Source: Acidimicrobiia bacterium (GTDB lineage Bacteria > Actinomycetota > Acidimicrobiia > Spongiisociales > ZC4RG35). Taken from it: DNA of 64,000 nucleotides. Numbering within the stretch: position 1 is the first letter of the stretch; every line of letters begins with the position of its first letter. Location of the stretch: contig DATEDN010000145.1 in the NCBI GenBank assembly GCA_035281645.1, forward strand, positions 65,684 to 129,683, in the 5' to 3' direction. Position numbers and translations under genes: made by a program. Positions 60,653-64,000 of this stretch are shown here, one piece after another. The notes below the pieces were generated by a model that was given only the letters and a program-made list of their open reading frames with translations, was not told the DNA's origin and ran no database searches.

Positions 60653-62742
60653 GCCAGATGGGAGTATTCGGCGACCATGCGATGGCTCGAGAACGCCACC
60701 AGGGTCGACATGACCGCCTCTCGCATCATCTCCACCCAGCCCACCGGCATTCCCTCCTCGTCTCGCTCGTAGAAGAGGGGGGTCACCTCCTCCTCCAAAA
60801 GCCGGTACATGGCCTCGGCGTCGTCGCGATCCTCGCGGCCGTGGTCGTCGTCGCCGCCGGGTGATCCGAACGCCCAGCCATTGCGACCGTTGAAACCTTC
60901 GACCCACCATCCATCGAGGACGGAGAGATTGAGGGTGCCATTGATGGCCGCCTTCATCCCCGACGTTCCCGACGCCTCCATCGGCGGGCGAGGATTGTTG
61001 ACCCAGACGTCGCACCCCTGAACCATGAAACGGGCCATCCGGGCGTCGTAGTCCTCCAAGACGAATACATGTCCCCGCAGCTCTGGCAGCTTCGAGAGCT
61101 CGACGATCCGTTTGATGAAATCCTGTCCCTGGCGATCGGCGGGATGGGCTTTGCCGGCAAACACCACCTGCACTGGCCGCTCGGCGTTGGTGACCAGAGC
61201 CTGAAATCGATCCAGGTCATCGAACATCAGCGTGGCTCGTTTGTAGGTGGCAAAGCGCCGGGCGAAGCCGAGAGTGAGGCATTCGTTGGGCAGCATCGTT
61301 TCCACTTCGCGGAGCTCTTCGGGCGAGGCGCCGTGGCGGGCGAACTGCCGCCGCAGCCGGCCGCGGGCGAAGGTGGTGAAGATTTCCTTTCGCTGCTGAT
61401 GATTGGCCCAGATGTCAGCGAGGGTGAGAGCGGCGAGGTGCTGGGGGCCCTCGGGATCGAGCAGAAGATCCGATGGCCAGTTGGTCCCGAAAGTCTCCGA
61501 GAGGATGCGGCCCGCATCACGTCCGATCCATGAGGGAGTGTGGACCCCATTGGTAACGGCGGCAGCGGGTCCGCCGATCAGGTACTCCCAGTCGCGGGTT
61601 GCAACCTCGGCATGTCGTTTGCTGACGCCGTTGACAATTGAAGACATCTGGATTGCGAAGGCACCCAGATCGAAGCTGGCGTGGTCGCGCGCCACGCCGA
61701 GCTCGGAAAGGTCGCTGGTTCCATTCTCCATTTCCGAGATGAAGGGACGCAGGTAGTGGTCAGCGATACCCCGTTCGAAAACCTCGTTGCCGGCGGGCAC
61801 CGGGGTGTGGAGGGTGAACACAGTCTGCTGTTTGATTGACTTCATCGCCGTCGCCAAGTCGGCGCCGCCGGCGATCCGCTCTCGAGCCAACTCGAGCAGA
61901 GCGAGAGCGGCATGACCCTCGTTGATATGCCAGACGGCCGGTTTGATGCCAAGCGCCTCGAGGGCGCGTACTCCTCCGATCCCGAGGACCATCTCTTGAC
62001 AGAACCGCATGGCCCGGCCGCGGACGTACAAGGTGTGAGTAATCGGACGGTCGCTCACGTCGTTCTCGTCGATGTCGGTATCGAGGAGGAGAAGTGGTAC
62101 CCGGCCCACATCCAGCTTCCAGACCGCCACTTTCACCGGGCCGTGGGGGAACTCCACCTCGACCTTGAGTTGTCCTCCGGTGGCGGAGGAGACCGGTCGA
62201 ACCGGCAGCCGCCGCACGTCGAGAGAGGGATAGATGTGTTGCTGTTCTCCTTCGGCCTCGATCTCCTGGCGAAAGTAGCCCCGACGGAACAAGAGGCCCA
62301 CCGCTACCAGCGGGAGGCCGAGGTCGGAGGCGGACTTGAGGTGGTCTCCGGCGAGGATGCCGAGCCCGCCGGAGTAGAAGGGGACGGAGGCGTGGATGCC
62401 AAACTCGGTGCAGAGATAGGCGATCGGTCCCGAGAGTTTCTGCTGCTGGCGCTGATACCAGCTGTCCTCCGCCGTCAGGTATTGATCGAAGTCGGAGAGA
62501 GCTGCCTGGTATCGCTCCTGGACGGCCTCAACCTGATTGATCACCTGCCAGTGTCCGGGGGCGATGGACTCCAAGAGATCGATCGGATTGTGGGTGTTGT
62601 CCCAGGCCACGGGGTCGAGGTTCGACCAGAGGCTGGTGCCGGTGTAGTTCCACGACCACCAGAGGTTGTAGGCCAATTCCACCGTTCGGGCATAGGCCGG
62701 AGGAATGGCGAACTCGACCTGCGGCAGAGTGGGGATGTTCAC
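60610..62742 (-). CDS. glgP: Alpha-glucan phosphorylase (GT35, GlgP/MalP family)
   Basis: [80 protein letters not shown](I)NG. The track start at 62823 would overlap ilvD; the GTG at 62742 is preferred but uncertain. Confidence 0.85.
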   Translation of the reverse strand: MNIPTLPQVEFAIPPAYARTVELAYNLWWSWNYTGTSLWSNLDPVAWDNTHNPIDLLESIAPGHWQVINQVEAVQERYQAALSDFDQYLTAEDSWYQRQQQKLSGPIAYLCTEFGIHASVPFYSGGLGILAGDHLKSASDLGLPLVAVGLLFRRGYFRQEIEAEGEQQHIYPSLDVRRLPVRPVSSATGGQLKVEVEFPHGPVKVAVWKLDVGRVPLLLLDTDIDENDVSDRPITHTLYVRGRAMRFCQEMVLGIGGVRALEALGIKPAVWHINEGHAALALLELARERIAGGADLATAMKSIKQQTVFTLHTPVPAGNEVFERGIADHYLRPFISEMENGTSDLSELGVARDHASFDLGAFAIQMSSIVNGVSKRHAEVATRDWEYLIGGPAAAVTNGVHTPSWIGRDAGRILSETFGTNWPSDLLLDPEGPQHLAALTLADIWANHQQRKEIFTTFARGRLRRQFARHGASPEELREVETMLPNECLTLGFARRFATYKRATLMFDDLDRFQALVTNAERPVQVVFAGKAHPADRQGQDFIKRIVELSKLPELRGHVFVLEDYDARMARFMVQGCDVWVNNPRPPMEASGTSGMKAAINGTLNLSVLDGWWVEGFNGRNGWAFGSPGGDDDHGREDRDDAEAMYRLLEEEVTPLFYERDEEGMPVGWVEMMREAVMSTLVAFSSHRMVAEYSHLAYFPMGGITQPADA

Positions 62743-62812
62743 GCAGAAAAGATACCCGGCGGTGCTTGCTGGGAAGGAAACCGCATTGGCGCCGGGGCGT
62801 AGGATCGAAGGA

Positions 62813-64000
62813 ATGAGCCCCAAGATCCACTCTCAGGACGTAACCGAGGGCCCTGCCAAGGCGGGCGCCCGGGCCATGCTTCGCGCCGTTGGATTGACGG
62901 ACGAGGACTTCGACAAGCCGCAGATCGGTCTCGTCTCGGCGGGCAACGAGGTGACCCCCTGCAACCTCTCGGGTCCGAGACTGTGCGCGGAAGCGAAGGT
63001 AGGGGTGAAGCAAGCGGGGGGAGTGGGCTTGATCTTCACCACCATCGCCGTCTCTGACGGAATCTCGATGGGTCACGAAGGTATGCGCTCATCCCTGGTC
63101 AGCCGGGAGGTCATCGCCGATTCGGTGGAGCTTGTCATGCACGGCGAGCGGTTCGATGGCATGGTCTCCATCGCCGGCTGCGACAAATCCTTGCCGGGGA
63201 TGCTCATGGCCGCCGCTCGCACCAACCTTCCCTCTGTCTTTCTCTACGGTGGGTCTTCTCGTCCGGGGCGGCACCGCGACCGTGACATCTCGATTGTCGA
63301 TGTCTTCCAGGCAATAGGAGCCCACTCGATCGGCGAGATCGATCTCGAAGAGTTGGGCGAAATCGAGCGTCACGCCTGCCCTGGGATCGGTTCGTGCGCA
63401 GGAATGTTCACCGCCAACACCATGGCTTCGGTGGGAGAGGCAATCGGGATGTCGCTTCCCGGCTCGGCCGCCGTCCCCGCCGACGACGCCCGGCTCGACG
63501 ACTATGCCCGTCGATCAGGGGAGGCGGTGATGTCGCTGCTCGAAGCCAATGTTCGCCCCCGCCAAATCATGACCCGGCCCGCTTTCGAAAACGCCATCAC
63601 GGCGGTGATGGCGCTGGGAGGGAGCACCAACGCAGTGCTCCACCTGCTCGCCATCGCCCATGAAGCCGGAGTTGATCTCGACCTCGAGGACTTCGACCGC
63701 ATCTCTCGCCACACCCCCCACATCGGCGATCTCAAACCGTTCGGGCTCTTCCACATGGTGGATCTCGACCGGATCGGAGGTGTGCCGGTGGTGCTCAGAG
63801 CATTGCTCGACGAGGGACTGATCAACGGCGAGGCTTTGACCGTTACCGGGAAGACGATGGCCGAGAATTTGGCCGGGATCACATTTCCCGAAGATCAGGT
63901 GGTGATACGGCCGCTTGCCGCACCCATCGCCGCCGAAGGCGGAATCGCCATACTGCGCGGGAACCTCGCCCCGGGCGGGGCGGTAGTGAAAACGGCAGGT
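62813..64000 (+). CDS. ilvD: Dihydroxy-acid dehydratase, 5' portion; continues beyond the window
   Basis: My own translation from the ATG at 62813 gives [52 protein letters not shown]...[26 protein letters not shown]...[11 protein letters not shown]...[16 protein letters not shown]. The frame is open to 64000 (396 codons). It is absent from the track because no stop lies in the window. Confidence 0.95.
   Translation, partial: MSPKIHSQDVTEGPAKAGARAMLRAVGLTDEDFDKPQIGLVSAGNEVTPCNLSGPRLCAEAKVGVKQAGGVGLIFTTIAVSDGISMGHEGMRSSLVSREVIADSVELVMHGERFDGMVSIAGCDKSLPGMLMAAARTNLPSVFLYGGSSRPGRHRDRDISIVDVFQAIGAHSIGEIDLEELGEIERHACPGIGSCAGMFTANTMASVGEAIGMSLPGSAAVPADDARLDDYARRSGEAVMSLLEANVRPRQIMTRPAFENAITAVMALGGSTNAVLHLLAIAHEAGVDLDLEDFDRISRHTPHIGDLKPFGLFHMVDLDRIGGVPVVLRALLDEGLINGEALTVTGKTMAENLAGITFPEDQVVIRPLAAPIAAEGGIAILRGNLAPGGAVVKTAG

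Noticed and set aside
62528-63076. 182-aa minus-strand ORF across the glgP/ilvD junction.
   Set aside because: It overlaps the clearly coding 5' part of ilvD ([11 protein letters not shown] and related motifs on the plus strand) and has no recognisable motif.

Overview
High-GC (judged by eye, not computed) bacterial chromosome segment, densely coding on both strands. Gene order matches conserved Actinomycetota core synteny: mfd-mazG-eno-ftsB-DUF501-ppx, then iscS-mnmA-ligA-gatCAB-ilvBNC. I suspect, but cannot prove without a search, a deep-branching actinobacterium such as Acidimicrobiia. About 55 protein genes and one tRNA-Leu(UAA) can be supported. I saw no rRNA, CRISPR array, transposase, integrase or prophage genes, so this is mostly housekeeping DNA rather than an obvious accessory island. 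I found no defensible new multi-gene system. The signals the ORF track does not explain are: (1) three families of small palindromic intergenic repeats, one built from 7-bp periodic CAGAYNT arrays, with one copy filling the ilvB-ilvN spacer; (2) a leader-peptide attenuator (MTYQILVLP, then a hairpin and a GC-stem/T-tract terminator) upstream of ilvB; (3) a full-length AceK homolog next to tRNA-Leu, away from any aceBA genes; (4) a 4 x 15-bp in-frame tandem repeat multiplying the NIxFG motif in an ABC exporter ATPase domain; (5) several envelope-related modules (M23 peptidase with SLH-like repeats next to an ECF sigma/anti-sigma pair; a membrane-anchored HExxH protein with a TlpA-like thioredoxin and an ABC exporter; a tricorn protease homolog beside an alpha/beta hydrolase). 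All product calls rest on motifs I recognise in the supplied translations; no database search was possible.
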